From: a virus
Taxonomy: Duplodnaviria > Caudoviricetes
Strand: one strand, 5' to 3'
Virus record (IMG/VR): IMGVR_UViG_3300027747_000926
Span: 1-55,448 of that record
Length of the DNA: 55,448 bases
Translations under genes and position numbers: made by a program
In this document: piece after piece, positions 20,018-29,289 of the stretch
How positions within the stretch are numbered: the stretch's first letter is position 1
Layout of the letters: every line of letters starts with the position of its first letter
Notes under the pieces: generated by a model
What the model was told of the DNA's origin: nothing
Database searches by the model: none
What the model saw: only the letters and a program-made list of their open reading frames with translations

Positions 20018-23000
20018 CTAAGCAGCAATTGCCATAGGCGTGTATATAAGTTGAGCAGTCATCTTGAAGTATGAAATACTGATAGAAGCGCTCACTATAT
20101 TTGGGTTAACATCTAGATATATTTTTTTAATATCAATAGATGATGATTGTTCTAGTAATTCTGCGGTAGCTGAAAGCTCATTAACATACATGTCTGCATT
20201 CATGCCACGCTGTTGTACTGCATTTACATCAATCAATTGCGTTTTAATAAGCAATCCAATTAACTGAGCTTGACTGTTAGCAGAGCTTTTAACAACATAT
20301 AAAGCATTGTTACTTGTTTGATCTGTTACAAATCTTGGCTCAACTACTTGTACGTTATAGATTGATGGCGCCACATTGTATTGATCTAGTACTTTAGACG
20401 GCTCTTGAACCTGGGCGACTGCAAAGTTCAGTACGGTAGATGCGTCTATTCCAGTTGATGATTCTGCAATATTAGCTGGCCTTACTATAATCCTGTTTGA
20501 TACTTCTGTTAATGAACTTGCTTCATTAATATAGACAATAGTATTTAAAGCATTGAATACTAGGTCTAATAGACTAGAAGATTCCTTAATGCTTTGATTG
20601 ATAATGAAGGTAGCAGATACAGTATCTAAGACAGAATGTAGCTCTAGGACTAATACATTAGCTATGTAATTAGCTTGTGTGCTATCTATGGCAGCTCCAG
20701 ATTCCTGTCTGGATACTAGTTGTGATGCAAAGTTATCCAGCTTATCTAGTAGTGTTACAGATTCAGACTGGTTTGCTGCGGTTTTATAAAAATAATCGTA
20801 CTGGTCTGCGGCTGTCAGAGAATCTAGTACTAAGCCAATAGCGGTTAATAAGGTAGAAACAGTATCGGAACTATCGCCAGACTCTTGGGTGTCTGCCGAA
20901 GTAGAGATGACATTAAAAGTCTGGTCGTTTGCACTGCTTGATTCCGTCAGATCTTTGGCAGACGCTAGTGTTTTATTTGTCTCATCTAAAGCGTTAACAG
21001 ATTCAGACAAGAAGTTAACTAAAGATAGTTGATTAAATTGCGAGTCATTAGTAGCTACAGGTTCATTAACAGCATCGTAGTAATCATATAACCAGCCTGA
21101 GTTATTACCAGCATTAACTGAGTTAGCCGCTCTCCATGTTGCACCACCTGTAGCATTACTATCTTGTATGCTTAAATACTGAGCGTTCACTGATCCAGTA
21201 GTTTTACTAATAGTAGCCTGTGTACCTGCAGTAGTGCTATTAAATGTTACTAAATTACCAGCCGTACCTGCCAAGTTAAAGTTTGTTATTCCAAGTATGC
21301 CAAACCCCGAAACTATTGAAACAGTACAAGGTGTTACAGTATTGGTTAATGTAGTTATATTAGAGTTACCACCAGAAACACCTAAAATTAATTGACCTGA
21401 ACCGCTCATGGTTACTTGAGATATATATCCAGCCGCAGTTCCTATGTAATAGTTTGTGATAGATGCCGTTGTAAATATGACGTTTAACCCTGTAACATTG
21501 TACGTTGTTCCTGTACTACTACCAACAAATCCAGTAGAAGATGTTCCTCCAGTAACTGTAACAGTACTATTGGTTAAAGTAAGTGTTTTAGTGCTGGCAG
21601 TATTGTAGTTAAATGTATTGCAGGTAATGTTTTTACTATTACTGTTAAGTACGCCAGAAGTTAAATTAAATTGTCCAGTACTTACAGAGGAAGTAAGGTT
21701 AAGGTCTCCAGCTAACTGCAACGTACCTGCACCAGACCTTGTAATGGTAGTATCCATTGGATAACCGTTGGTAGTTAATATCTGTGTAGCTGATGCAGAA
21801 CCAAAATTAAGTCCATAAACACTTGATGCTAGCCAACCTGGAGAAGCTCCTGCTGCTGGCATAGTAAAGTTGCCATATATGGTTGCGCTACCTGAGCTAA
21901 TAGAAGCTAATGAAACATATCCTGTGAAGCCAGTAAAGTCTATATTTTTATATTGCCTACTACCTTGAATAGCAAATATATCTGAACCAGAAGGTATATT
22001 AAAACTTAATGCGTTAGCTTCTGTTGTTATTATGGATGCTATTAATCTTGTTCCTGTTGAACCACTATAAGTGCAGTTTACTATTCCTGTGCCTGTGTAA
22101 GTAAATGGATTTGCGGAACCACTTGAGTTAGTCCAAACTGTTAAGTTACTGCCTGTAACATTAATTTGAGCAGTACCAAATAAAATACTGTGCGATGAGG
22201 TATTGGTAGCTGTAAAATTACCACAAGAAAATGTTTTATTGTTAAGGTCCAAAGTATTGCCACCACAATTAAAAGCCCTTGTAGAACCTAATGTAAGAGC
22301 ATCTTGAAGCTGAAACGTAATACCTTGGGTTGTAATACTACCCGCAACAGTTTGTGCTCCTGTGGTTGTATTGGCATAGGATACCGAAGTTAATGATGAA
22401 GCTGTTACTGTATATGTTCCGTTGTAACCTGTTGGTGTCATACCTGTTACAAAAATAGTTGAACCTACTGCTGGATATGAACTAGTTGATGGAAAGGTTA
22501 ATGTTGCTACTGAACCTGTACCAGATGCTGCTGTAGAGGTTGTACTGAATCCAAAACTTATAGGAAAATCTAACAGTTGCCCAGCGGATGTAATGTTTTG
22601 TTGTGTTGTTAAACTAGACATGAAGCTAGTTGTATTTGCTCCACCAGTTACAGTCATACCCGAAGATAAGACTAAACTACCATATATAAGTCTTTGAGAA
22701 AGTGATAATGTTCCATTAAACCCAGTAAAGTCTAAATTTTTTAAAAAACTAGCGGTAGTTGTAACAACAACATCTGAACCCGCAGAAATATTGAAAGAAA
22801 CACTAACTGTTTCGCCACCGCCTGCTGTTGCCCCATGATTTATTGTGCGTGTTCCAGTAGAGCCTGAATAAGTACAATTTACTGTTGGTGTGCCTGTGTA
22901 GGTAAACCCTGTTAGAGTTGCCATGCTCCATATTGTTGTGGCACTACCTGTTAGCGTAATGTTACCTGTGCCAAATAATATAGAGCGTGTGTTTGTATTA

Positions 23001-23746
23001 GATGAACTAAAAATACCAGCAGTTAGCGTCTTGTTGTTTAAACTTAGCGTTCCACTAGTTAGTATTAGTGATCTTGTTGAACCTATTGTAAGGTCATCTT
23101 GTAACTGATAAGTAGCAGTTCCAGCAAAAGTAATGGGGAAATCTTGTGTTTGCCCTGCTGAAGTAATTGTTTGTGTTCCGCTTGTTGCCGCAAAAGTTGT
23201 TATAGCCCCACCAGCATTAATAGTCATTCCTGAAGCAAGAGTTAAATTTCCATATATTGTTTTAGTAGTATTAATTAAAGTTCCAGTAAACCCTGTGAAA
23301 TTAAGACTTTTTACAGACATATTTGCTGAAATAGTCACTTGTCCTGTGCCAGCGCTAATATTAAAACTAATAGAGTTGGCTTCTGTAGTTGCGGCAGGAC
23401 TTATTGTTCTTGCAGCAACAGAGCCTGAATAAGTGCAATCAATTAATGGTGTTCCTGTAACTGAAAAAGTAGTAGCTCCTGTATAAATTGTTCCACCGCC
23501 AGCTATTGTGATGCTGTTTGTTCCAAAGGCTATTGTCCCTGTAAAACCTGTCATGGTAAGTTGATTACAGGTTGCAGTTCCAGCGCCAATGGTTACAGTA
23601 TTAGCGCCTGAAGCGGCATCAAAAAACACATTGTCCGCAGAAGTAGGCACAGCTTGACCGCCAGCACCGCCAGAAGTCAATGCCCATTTAGAACCAGCGG
23701 TAGCATCCCATGTGCCTGTACCGCCAACCCAATATCTGTTAGCCAT
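20018..23746 (-). CDS. Large adhesin/tail spike-like protein (beta-helix-like repeats plus acidic repeat stalk)
   Basis: MANRYWVGGTGTW start, threefold internal repeat CTYSGSxxxRxI...SFNI...FTGF, C-terminal ESxxxxD repeats. Confidence 0.75.
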   Translation of the reverse strand: MANRYWVGGTGTWDATAGSKWALTSGGAGGQAVPTSADNVFFDAASGANTVTIGAGTATCNQLTMTGFTGTIAFGTNSITIAGGGTIYTGATTFSVTGTPLIDCTYSGSVAARTISPAATTEANSISFNISAGTGQVTISANMSVKSLNFTGFTGTLINTTKTIYGNLTLASGMTINAGGAITTFAATSGTQTITSAGQTQDFPITFAGTATYQLQDDLTIGSTRSLILTSGTLSLNNKTLTAGIFSSSNTNTRSILFGTGNITLTGSATTIWSMATLTGFTYTGTPTVNCTYSGSTGTRTINHGATAGGGETVSVSFNISAGSDVVVTTTASFLKNLDFTGFNGTLSLSQRLIYGSLVLSSGMTVTGGANTTSFMSSLTTQQNITSAGQLLDFPISFGFSTTSTAASGTGSVATLTFPSTSSYPAVGSTIFVTGMTPTGYNGTYTVTASSLTSVSYANTTTGAQTVAGSITTQGITFQLQDALTLGSTRAFNCGGNTLDLNNKTFSCGNFTATNTSSHSILFGTAQINVTGSNLTVWTNSSGSANPFTYTGTGIVNCTYSGSTGTRLIASIITTEANALSFNIPSGSDIFAIQGSRQYKNIDFTGFTGYVSLASISSGSATIYGNFTMPAAGASPGWLASSVYGLNFGSASATQILTTNGYPMDTTITRSGAGTLQLAGDLNLTSSVSTGQFNLTSGVLNSNSKNITCNTFNYNTASTKTLTLTNSTVTVTGGTSSTGFVGSSTGTTYNVTGLNVIFTTASITNYYIGTAAGYISQVTMSGSGQLILGVSGGNSNITTLTNTVTPCTVSIVSGFGILGITNFNLAGTAGNLVTFNSTTAGTQATISKTTGSVNAQYLSIQDSNATGGATWRAANSVNAGNNSGWLYDYYDAVNEPVATNDSQFNQLSLVNFLSESVNALDETNKTLASAKDLTESSSANDQTFNVISTSADTQESGDSSDTVSTLLTAIGLVLDSLTAADQYDYFYKTAANQSESVTLLDKLDNFASQLVSRQESGAAIDSTQANYIANVLVLELHSVLDTVSATFIINQSIKESSSLLDLVFNALNTIVYINEASSLTEVSNRIIVRPANIAESSTGIDASTVLNFAVAQVQEPSKVLDQYNVAPSIYNVQVVEPRFVTDQTSNNALYVVKSSANSQAQLIGLLIKTQLIDVNAVQQRGMNADMYVNELSATAELLEQSSSIDIKKIYLDVNPNIVSASISISYFKMTAQLIYTPMAIAA

Positions 23747-23748
23747 TA

Positions 23749-23922
23749 TTAAGCTGCTTCTAATTCATCCACTAGAAAGAAACGCTCTTGAGCTATACCT
23801 TCTGCATCTTCAAAAGAAACACGTAATAAGAAATTAGAATCCTCATCTACTGCGGCACCTTGAACTACGCCAGCCACTAAAGAGTTTTTTACTTTAATTG
23901 CATCACCTGTTTTAAATGACAT
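23749..23922 (-). CDS. Small protein (57 aa, not in ORF track)
   Basis: MSFKTGDAIKVKNSLVAGVVQGAAVDEDSNFLLRVSFEDAEGIAQERFFLVDELEAA. AAGGA RBS; fills the intergenic gap. Confidence 0.7.
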   Translation of the reverse strand: MSFKTGDAIKVKNSLVAGVVQGAAVDEDSNFLLRVSFEDAEGIAQERFFLVDELEAA

Positions 23923-23931
23923 GATTATTCC

Positions 23932-24480
23932 TTAGACTGAAGCTGTGTAAGTTACGTTTAGAGTATCGCCGTTGGCTACTGATTTGTTGCCGCCAGTAAA
24001 TGAACCTGCTGAATACAAAACGCCTGTTGTTCCTGATTTAGCATTACTAGCAGTTAAAAATGTTCCTGCAATTGTTGCTGTACCATTAATGTTAAATGCA
24101 GTAGCTGTTGTTGCTTTTGATGCAGATGCTGCAGAATTCCAAGCTGGAGTTGGGCGATTAGTATTCGAGTAAGCTACGTTCTCAGTCCAGCCTGTATGAC
24201 TGGCAGCTGTATCTGTAAGTGCATAAGTCGGGGTTGATGCTCCGTCTACTAAGCCAACATACCAAGCGGCTGTATAAGCTGAGCCAGTAAAGTATTTATC
24301 TAATAAGTCGTTCTTACCTACAGTAGTAACTAGGTTTTGAATGGTATCTTCCCACTTTATCTGACCATCAGGACCTGTACAAGTGACGTGATAAGTACCA
24401 GTGGCCATTACTAATTCTTGTGAACTACTTGACTGAGATACCCCAGCACCAGTAAATTCGTTTGCGTAAACCTTTTCCAT
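23932..24480 (-). CDS. Tail structural protein
   Basis: NLVTTVGKNDLL...WYVGLV...GDTLNVTYT pattern of phage tail/fibre anchor proteins. Confidence 0.7.
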   Translation of the reverse strand: MEKVYANEFTGAGVSQSSSSQELVMATGTYHVTCTGPDGQIKWEDTIQNLVTTVGKNDLLDKYFTGSAYTAAWYVGLVDGASTPTYALTDTAASHTGWTENVAYSNTNRPTPAWNSAASASKATTATAFNINGTATIAGTFLTASNAKSGTTGVLYSAGSFTGGNKSVANGDTLNVTYTASV

Positions 24481-24493
24481 ATTGTTTCCTTAA

Positions 24494-24817
24494 TTAAAAT
24501 TGTGCGCGAACACTAAACTTCAAGATGTCATAAACCGTAGCAATGTCGTTACCAAAGTTAATCTCTACTTCACCCTCGTAAGATCCAGGTGGCACGCTCA
24601 AGGTAGTTCCCGGGAAATTGAAGATCACTACGCCATCAGTACCACCATTGGTCTTTGAGCAAGTAATAGTTGAAAGTGTTTGTGTTGTGCCAGCGGCTCT
24701 AAATTTCACAACGACTGTAGCTGCGCTTACGTCAACTGGTGTGTTATCCGAATTTTTAAGGGACAGTCTGATATAGGGTCTGTTATCGCCTTGTACTAAT
24801 TTGATTTTGTCAGCCAT
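24494..24817 (-). CDS. BppU-like Ig-fold tail adaptor
   Basis: IKLVQGDNRP...PVDVSAATV...GSYEGEVEI. Confidence 0.65.
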   Translation of the reverse strand: MADKIKLVQGDNRPYIRLSLKNSDNTPVDVSAATVVVKFRAAGTTQTLSTITCSKTNGGTDGVVIFNFPGTTLSVPPGSYEGEVEINFGNDIATVYDILKFSVRAQF

Positions 24818-25464
24818 TAGATCCGCCTAAATTGAACTTGTTTGCTAGAACGTACGTACCCCTTGAGTGCTCTGTCTCTAGCTACGTTTACTCCAGCCAT
24901 ATATTTAGCGGCACTCATAGCAGATTGCTGGGCGCTTGAATATGGTTTACCTGGAGAAATGAAAAGTCTTGAGGTGGCCCCGTGTCCAATAATCTCGGCG
25001 TACTCTTCGTAGATAAGGTCGTCGATTGTGGAAGCTGACCGAGTTGGCTTTAGAGCCACCCGCAAGGTTAATGATTGTGAATCGGTATTTACTGGAACTG
25101 GATACAAGGAGAATGATCTAAGATCTTTTTGAATATAAAACTGTGGATCTGCTTTCTCTACTACTGCTCCAGAGTTCTGGTTATAGATAGATGGGGTGTA
25201 AACAGTATCAGGCGCCCTTGGATCTAGAAGTTTTCCTTTAAACCATAAGCGCATGATCTTTACTATTAAGGTATTGGATGGGGGGTCTAAGTCGTAATCA
25301 ACTATCCCCGCAACTGAAGTCACAGGATCATGATCAACTTGGAGGATTAGAGTCTTCTCACAAAAATCAATGATGGTGTTCTCTATCTCCATTAGCGCCA
25401 TCTCATTTGTGCAACCTGGCACATGAGGCAATACATAGTCTAAGAAAGCTGTGTAATTGGTCAT
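24817..25464 (-). CDS. Head-tail adaptor protein
   Basis: VLPHVPGC...IDFCEKT...ALKPTR; located downstream of the capsid gene. Confidence 0.65.
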   Translation of the reverse strand: MTNYTAFLDYVLPHVPGCTNEMALMEIENTIIDFCEKTLILQVDHDPVTSVAGIVDYDLDPPSNTLIVKIMRLWFKGKLLDPRAPDTVYTPSIYNQNSGAVVEKADPQFYIQKDLRSFSLYPVPVNTDSQSLTLRVALKPTRSASTIDDLIYEEYAEIIGHGATSRLFISPGKPYSSAQQSAMSAAKYMAGVNVARDRALKGYVRSSKQVQFRRI

Positions 25465-25787
25465 GATTTCAATTCCGATACAAACAGATTCATCAATGCA
25501 GCGGCGCGACCATCTTGTGAATACTCGTCATCACGCAACTCAGCTCTTGCTGAAACGTAATGGATCAATAGCATTTGATACTGCGCTGGCAATGGCACTG
25601 TGTCAGTTAGGCCATAGACAGGCGTTGCAGTGGTATAAGTCCCAAGACGAAAGTCAGGACGCTTACGAAATGCTCCCTGAATACCATCGTTTGCAAAGCC
25701 GAGTAACTGGCTATTGGAATATCGAATGGCATCGGCGTCTTGCAAGTCAACGCGAACGCTATTAATGACGTCTTGTAATGTAGACAT
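25461..25787 (-). CDS. Head-tail adaptor-like protein
   Basis: VRVDLQDADAIRYSNSQLLGFANDG...RPD. Confidence 0.6.
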   Translation of the reverse strand: MSTLQDVINSVRVDLQDADAIRYSNSQLLGFANDGIQGAFRKRPDFRLGTYTTATPVYGLTDTVPLPAQYQMLLIHYVSARAELRDDEYSQDGRAAALMNLFVSELKS

Positions 25788-25996
25788 TATTCTGTGGTGT
25801 TTTGTTTAGGTTGTTTTTTTAATAAAACAGTTCTTGCCATGTCTTTAATATCTGGCTCAGCAACTTCTTCGATTGCTGGTTCTGGCGTGACAACTTCTTG
25901 AGCTGTCTCGGTGTACTCTTCCATATCTTCTTGCTTAGCAAGCTTTTCTGTCCAAGTGTAAATACCGCCGGTCTTTTTATTTTTTAATATTTTCAT
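25787..25996 (-). CDS. Hypothetical protein downstream of the capsid gene
   Basis: 69 aa, coupled to the next gene. Confidence 0.6.
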   Translation of the reverse strand: MKILKNKKTGGIYTWTEKLAKQEDMEEYTETAQEVVTPEPAIEEVAEPDIKDMARTVLLKKQPKQNTTE

Positions 25997-26035
25997 AGGT
26001 ATTGGGGGAAAGTTTTACCTCTCCCCCTCAATTAA

Positions 26036-26989
26036 TTACTTCTTAATGTAGGCTGTTACTAATGCTTCTGGCTTAACAACTTGATAGCCATAAACATTCA
26101 AACCACGAACTACGTTGCCAAATGTAGACTGACTACGGATGGTTTCTACGTTAGTGATTTGTGATGCAAAAGAAATTGCATCGCGTGTACCAGCAATGAT
26201 GTTCAAACATGTGTTTGCACCGTCTGTAACTCTTGTGAAGTTATTAGATACATACAATGTGAAACGATCGATCATGCCTAACTTACCATTGCGCAATGGA
26301 GACTCGTTATCACCAGTCAAGTACGCTTGCTTCAGATCAGAGTTCTTGAGCTTAGCGGCAACTGCTGGAGGAATAACTAACCAACGACCATCTTCTGGTA
26401 CGTTTTGCTCATCCAAGCACTGACCCATGTTCAAGATCAAATCGAGAACAGAAGTTGTGCTAGATGCGCCATCTTTGGTAACTGTCAATGGAGATCCAGC
26501 AACACCTAAGTTGATGTTGCCACTATCCTTACCAGCTGTCGTACCATAGTTACCTGTGGCGGCAGAGCTGTAAACAGAACCAAGAACATCACCGTCAATA
26601 GCGATCTTCATTTGCTCAGATGCATCACCTGTGAACATGTCCATCAAGCGAACATCAGCCTGTACTTCATCAACGTCGTCAACTACAACGGCAAAGTATT
26701 TACCCTTGCTGATGTTTAACTCGATTGGTGTAGATGTTGGAACTTCAGTGGTGAGGTTCAAGCCTTTGGTGTAATCACGGATAGTGATGGTTGGGATTGA
26801 ACGGATACGGACTTTATCGCCAGAACCTTTGATCTCGCCTTCCCAATCGTTATTGGTGATTTCGCCCAATACGGTGGATTTATAAAATTTGACTTGCAAC
26901 TTACCAGACCAAATCTCTGGAATAAATTGTGCGCCGCTTGTGTTGCTATACGAATACTGGGTATACCCAGATGAGACTGCTATAGACAT
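26036..26989 (-). CDS. Major capsid protein
   Basis: FIPEIWSGKL, WEGEIKGSGDKVRI, LDEQNVPEDGRWLVIPP and VRGLNVYGYQVVKPEAL. Confidence 0.92.
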   Translation of the reverse strand: MSIAVSSGYTQYSYSNTSGAQFIPEIWSGKLQVKFYKSTVLGEITNNDWEGEIKGSGDKVRIRSIPTITIRDYTKGLNLTTEVPTSTPIELNISKGKYFAVVVDDVDEVQADVRLMDMFTGDASEQMKIAIDGDVLGSVYSSAATGNYGTTAGKDSGNINLGVAGSPLTVTKDGASSTTSVLDLILNMGQCLDEQNVPEDGRWLVIPPAVAAKLKNSDLKQAYLTGDNESPLRNGKLGMIDRFTLYVSNNFTRVTDGANTCLNIIAGTRDAISFASQITNVETIRSQSTFGNVVRGLNVYGYQVVKPEALVTAYIKK

Positions 26990-27005
26990 TTTGTTTCCTT
27001 ATATA

Positions 27006-27022
27006 TATTAACGCTACTGATA
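27006..27022. promoter_or_regulatory. Putative 17-bp repressor operator upstream of the capsid gene
   Basis: TATTAACGCTACTGATA, 16/17 identical to 45425-45441. Confidence 0.55.
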
Positions 27023-27030
27023 TAGGAGAT

Positions 27031-27987
27031 CTAACGAATTCGACCTTCTACCGTAGCAAGATGTATTTCTGATTCGACGGAAACCATATCAGCATTTGAT
27101 ACTTCTCCACGCCTTGCACGCTGATAAAAATCAGCAATCTCTGCGCGAGTAAAGAATCGTTTTGTCTGCGGTGGAGTGACAACCTTATTGGTGTCAGGTA
27201 CCACTTGTGCGGCCAATGCTTTATTGGTTGTTGTCGTACTTACCTGCTGTTGACTTTTCCATGTTCCAAAGAACCGGGCAACTCTATCGGCGTCTCTAGA
27301 ATTCTCAGCATCTGAGAGAAGGTCTTGGCGGCGCTTACCTGTGAGTGCATCATATTCATCTAGCCATTTGAGGAAGCTTGGATCATCATTAATTGCTACC
27401 CAATCAGGCATCATTTGAGATAAGCGATCATAGAAAACAACTTCTGCATTCTTAGCGGTATCCGTATGGACATCATCTAATCTACGCTTGAGCTGTTCAA
27501 TCTCACTATCTTTTGCTGATACTTGTTCTTGGGCAGAACGCTTGATTACATCCAAGAGATCATCGCCATACTTCTCGCGATCCTCGGCACTAATGAGTGG
27601 TGTACTTGGTGTTGCGGCCTTACTCTTAAAACTCTCAAAATCTTGCGTGAGTCCTTCTAGCTTTTGACGCAGTTCCCGATTTTCAGCAGCGAGTCTTGGC
27701 ACCTCAGCACGATACTTCCCTTCCATTACCTTGTACTTGTGTTCCCAAGGATCTTCCTTAACTTGCTGGTCTGGCAGCTCACTGTTAGGTGGAACTACAG
27801 CATCATCTACTGGTTGATCTTGTAGACCTTCCGGTAGATTTGGAGGATCACTAGGAGCTAGCGCTGGGTCTGGTTGAGGGTCGGCTTGAGGCTCTTCATT
27901 CTTCTGCTCATACAGTTGCTTATGAAGTGCTTCTGCTCGTTCTTCTGCTTCTCTTACTTTTCTTGGAATTGCCAAAATATTCTCCAT
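27031..27987 (-). CDS. Capsid scaffolding protein
   Basis: Acidic Pro-rich N-terminus, coiled coils, WEHKYKVMEGKY; directly upstream of the capsid gene. Confidence 0.8.
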   Translation of the reverse strand: MENILAIPRKVREAEERAEALHKQLYEQKNEEPQADPQPDPALAPSDPPNLPEGLQDQPVDDAVVPPNSELPDQQVKEDPWEHKYKVMEGKYRAEVPRLAAENRELRQKLEGLTQDFESFKSKAATPSTPLISAEDREKYGDDLLDVIKRSAQEQVSAKDSEIEQLKRRLDDVHTDTAKNAEVVFYDRLSQMMPDWVAINDDPSFLKWLDEYDALTGKRRQDLLSDAENSRDADRVARFFGTWKSQQQVSTTTTNKALAAQVVPDTNKVVTPPQTKRFFTRAEIADFYQRARRGEVSNADMVSVESEIHLATVEGRIR

Positions 27988-28086
27988 GAGCTACATAGAT
28001 GTGCGTAAGCCTTGCGGTAATTGCGCAATCATTTGCAGTCTTCGATTTCCCGACTCACCCAGTCGGGTTGGGTTTAGTCCTAAGGA

Positions 28087-28317
28087 CTAGAACTTGCGTA
28101 GAGTTTCTCTAGCTTCTGAAGCCTTACTAAGAAACTCTGTAATAGTTTGACTAGCACCTTGATACCAGCGAGTTTGAATCTCGTCTTTGGTATAGGGTTC
28201 GTCATGTTGTATTTGAATTAATGTTTCTTTAAGCCAAAGTTTAATTTGCTCAAAGTCAGCATCACCATCTAATGTGGCTAATGCTTGAATAGTTCTTTTG
28301 GATGGTTGCTCTAGCAC
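28087..28317 (-). CDS. Small head-module protein
   Basis: 76 aa helical (TRWYQGASQ), between portal and scaffold. Confidence 0.6.
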   Translation of the reverse strand: MLEQPSKRTIQALATLDGDADFEQIKLWLKETLIQIQHDEPYTKDEIQTRWYQGASQTITEFLSKASEARETLRKF

Positions 28318-28319
28318 GA

Positions 28320-29012
28320 TTAATCGTCTTTAGATTTATTGGCTGCTTTAGTGCGCTGTGACTGTGATCCAACTAATTTTTTAAAGAATGAACCTGCTGG
28401 ACTTTCAGCGTCATCTCGATATTGTCGCATTCCAGTATTGTTCTTTGGAATGTCAATATACTTTTTAGACTCTTTTGCTGGAGCAGATGGCGCCGCTGGA
28501 GCGCGTGCTTTCATGCGATCATCCGAAGCCTTAGGTGAAGTAGTTCCGTCATCAGGTGCATCAAAGTCTCTTGATGAGCTTGCTGTAGATGATGGCTTAG
28601 GTGTGGATTTAGTGTAGCTAGGTTTAGCATCACTCGACTTAGGGCTGGTAGATAAGTTAGGGCCAGCATCAAAGTCTCTGCTTGGGGTTTTAGCTGAGGT
28701 ATCAATATCCATTCCAGCATCGCTATCACGATCTGAGGATACGGTGTCCTTAGTAAACTTAGAGCGTAAATCATTACCCTTGTCATCGATCTGATTCATG
28801 CGGTACTTGACGATCTCATCATCGCCGCTGTACTCACCCATCGTTTCGCCTTTAATGTTTACGTCCCCGCCATCGGCAAATTTCTGCTTAGGCGCATTAT
28901 GAAACAATTCTCTACTAACAATTCCATACTTGATTCCTGATGGGGCGCTATCCGAAGAAGTGGTAGAGTTTTTGGCGTGATTGGCACGCAACCAGTCTGG
29001 TACATATCCCAT
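28320..29012 (-). CDS. Low-complexity probable internal head protein with KFADGG motif
   Basis: 230 aa, Ser/Lys/Asp-rich, with the SRDFDA...SPK..D segment repeated twice. Confidence 0.6.
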   Translation of the reverse strand: MGYVPDWLRANHAKNSTTSSDSAPSGIKYGIVSRELFHNAPKQKFADGGDVNIKGETMGEYSGDDEIVKYRMNQIDDKGNDLRSKFTKDTVSSDRDSDAGMDIDTSAKTPSRDFDAGPNLSTSPKSSDAKPSYTKSTPKPSSTASSSRDFDAPDDGTTSPKASDDRMKARAPAAPSAPAKESKKYIDIPKNNTGMRQYRDDAESPAGSFFKKLVGSQSQRTKAANKSKDD

Positions 29013-29014
29013 TT

Positions 29015-29281
29015 TTATTTCCCGTAATCTTGCATTGATCTACGTCCGCCAGTGCAATATCCGCCATCAGCCATCTTTTTTGACTCTTTATTTGCATATG
29101 CATTGGCAGTCATTTTTCCTGATTTGATAGCGTTGGCATTCTTTTTAGCTTCTTTTGAGTCTTCGCCCTCAGACTTTTCACCAGCGATGTACTGAGCTTT
29201 GCTTATTTTCCCAGACTTAAGACCTTTTGCCTCAGCCATTTCTTCTGCTTTATCGTCTTTACCACCGAACATTTTTGCCAT
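29015..29281 (-). CDS. Small Lys-rich head protein with KMADGG motif
   Basis: 88 aa with an internal repeat (KSGK twice). Confidence 0.6.
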   Translation of the reverse strand: MAKMFGGKDDKAEEMAEAKGLKSGKISKAQYIAGEKSEGEDSKEAKKNANAIKSGKMTANAYANKESKKMADGGYCTGGRRSMQDYGK

Positions 29282-29289
29282 TTGTTTTC

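Noticed and set aside
16054-23746. Fibre repeats as a diversity-generating retroelement TR/VR pair
   Set aside because: There is no reverse transcriptase, the differences are not adenine-specific, and the repeats are in-frame protein repeats.
26004-26027. GGGGGA/TCCCCC hairpin after the capsid gene as a terminator
   Set aside because: No U-tract follows on the coding strand. It is at most a pause or stabilising hairpin.
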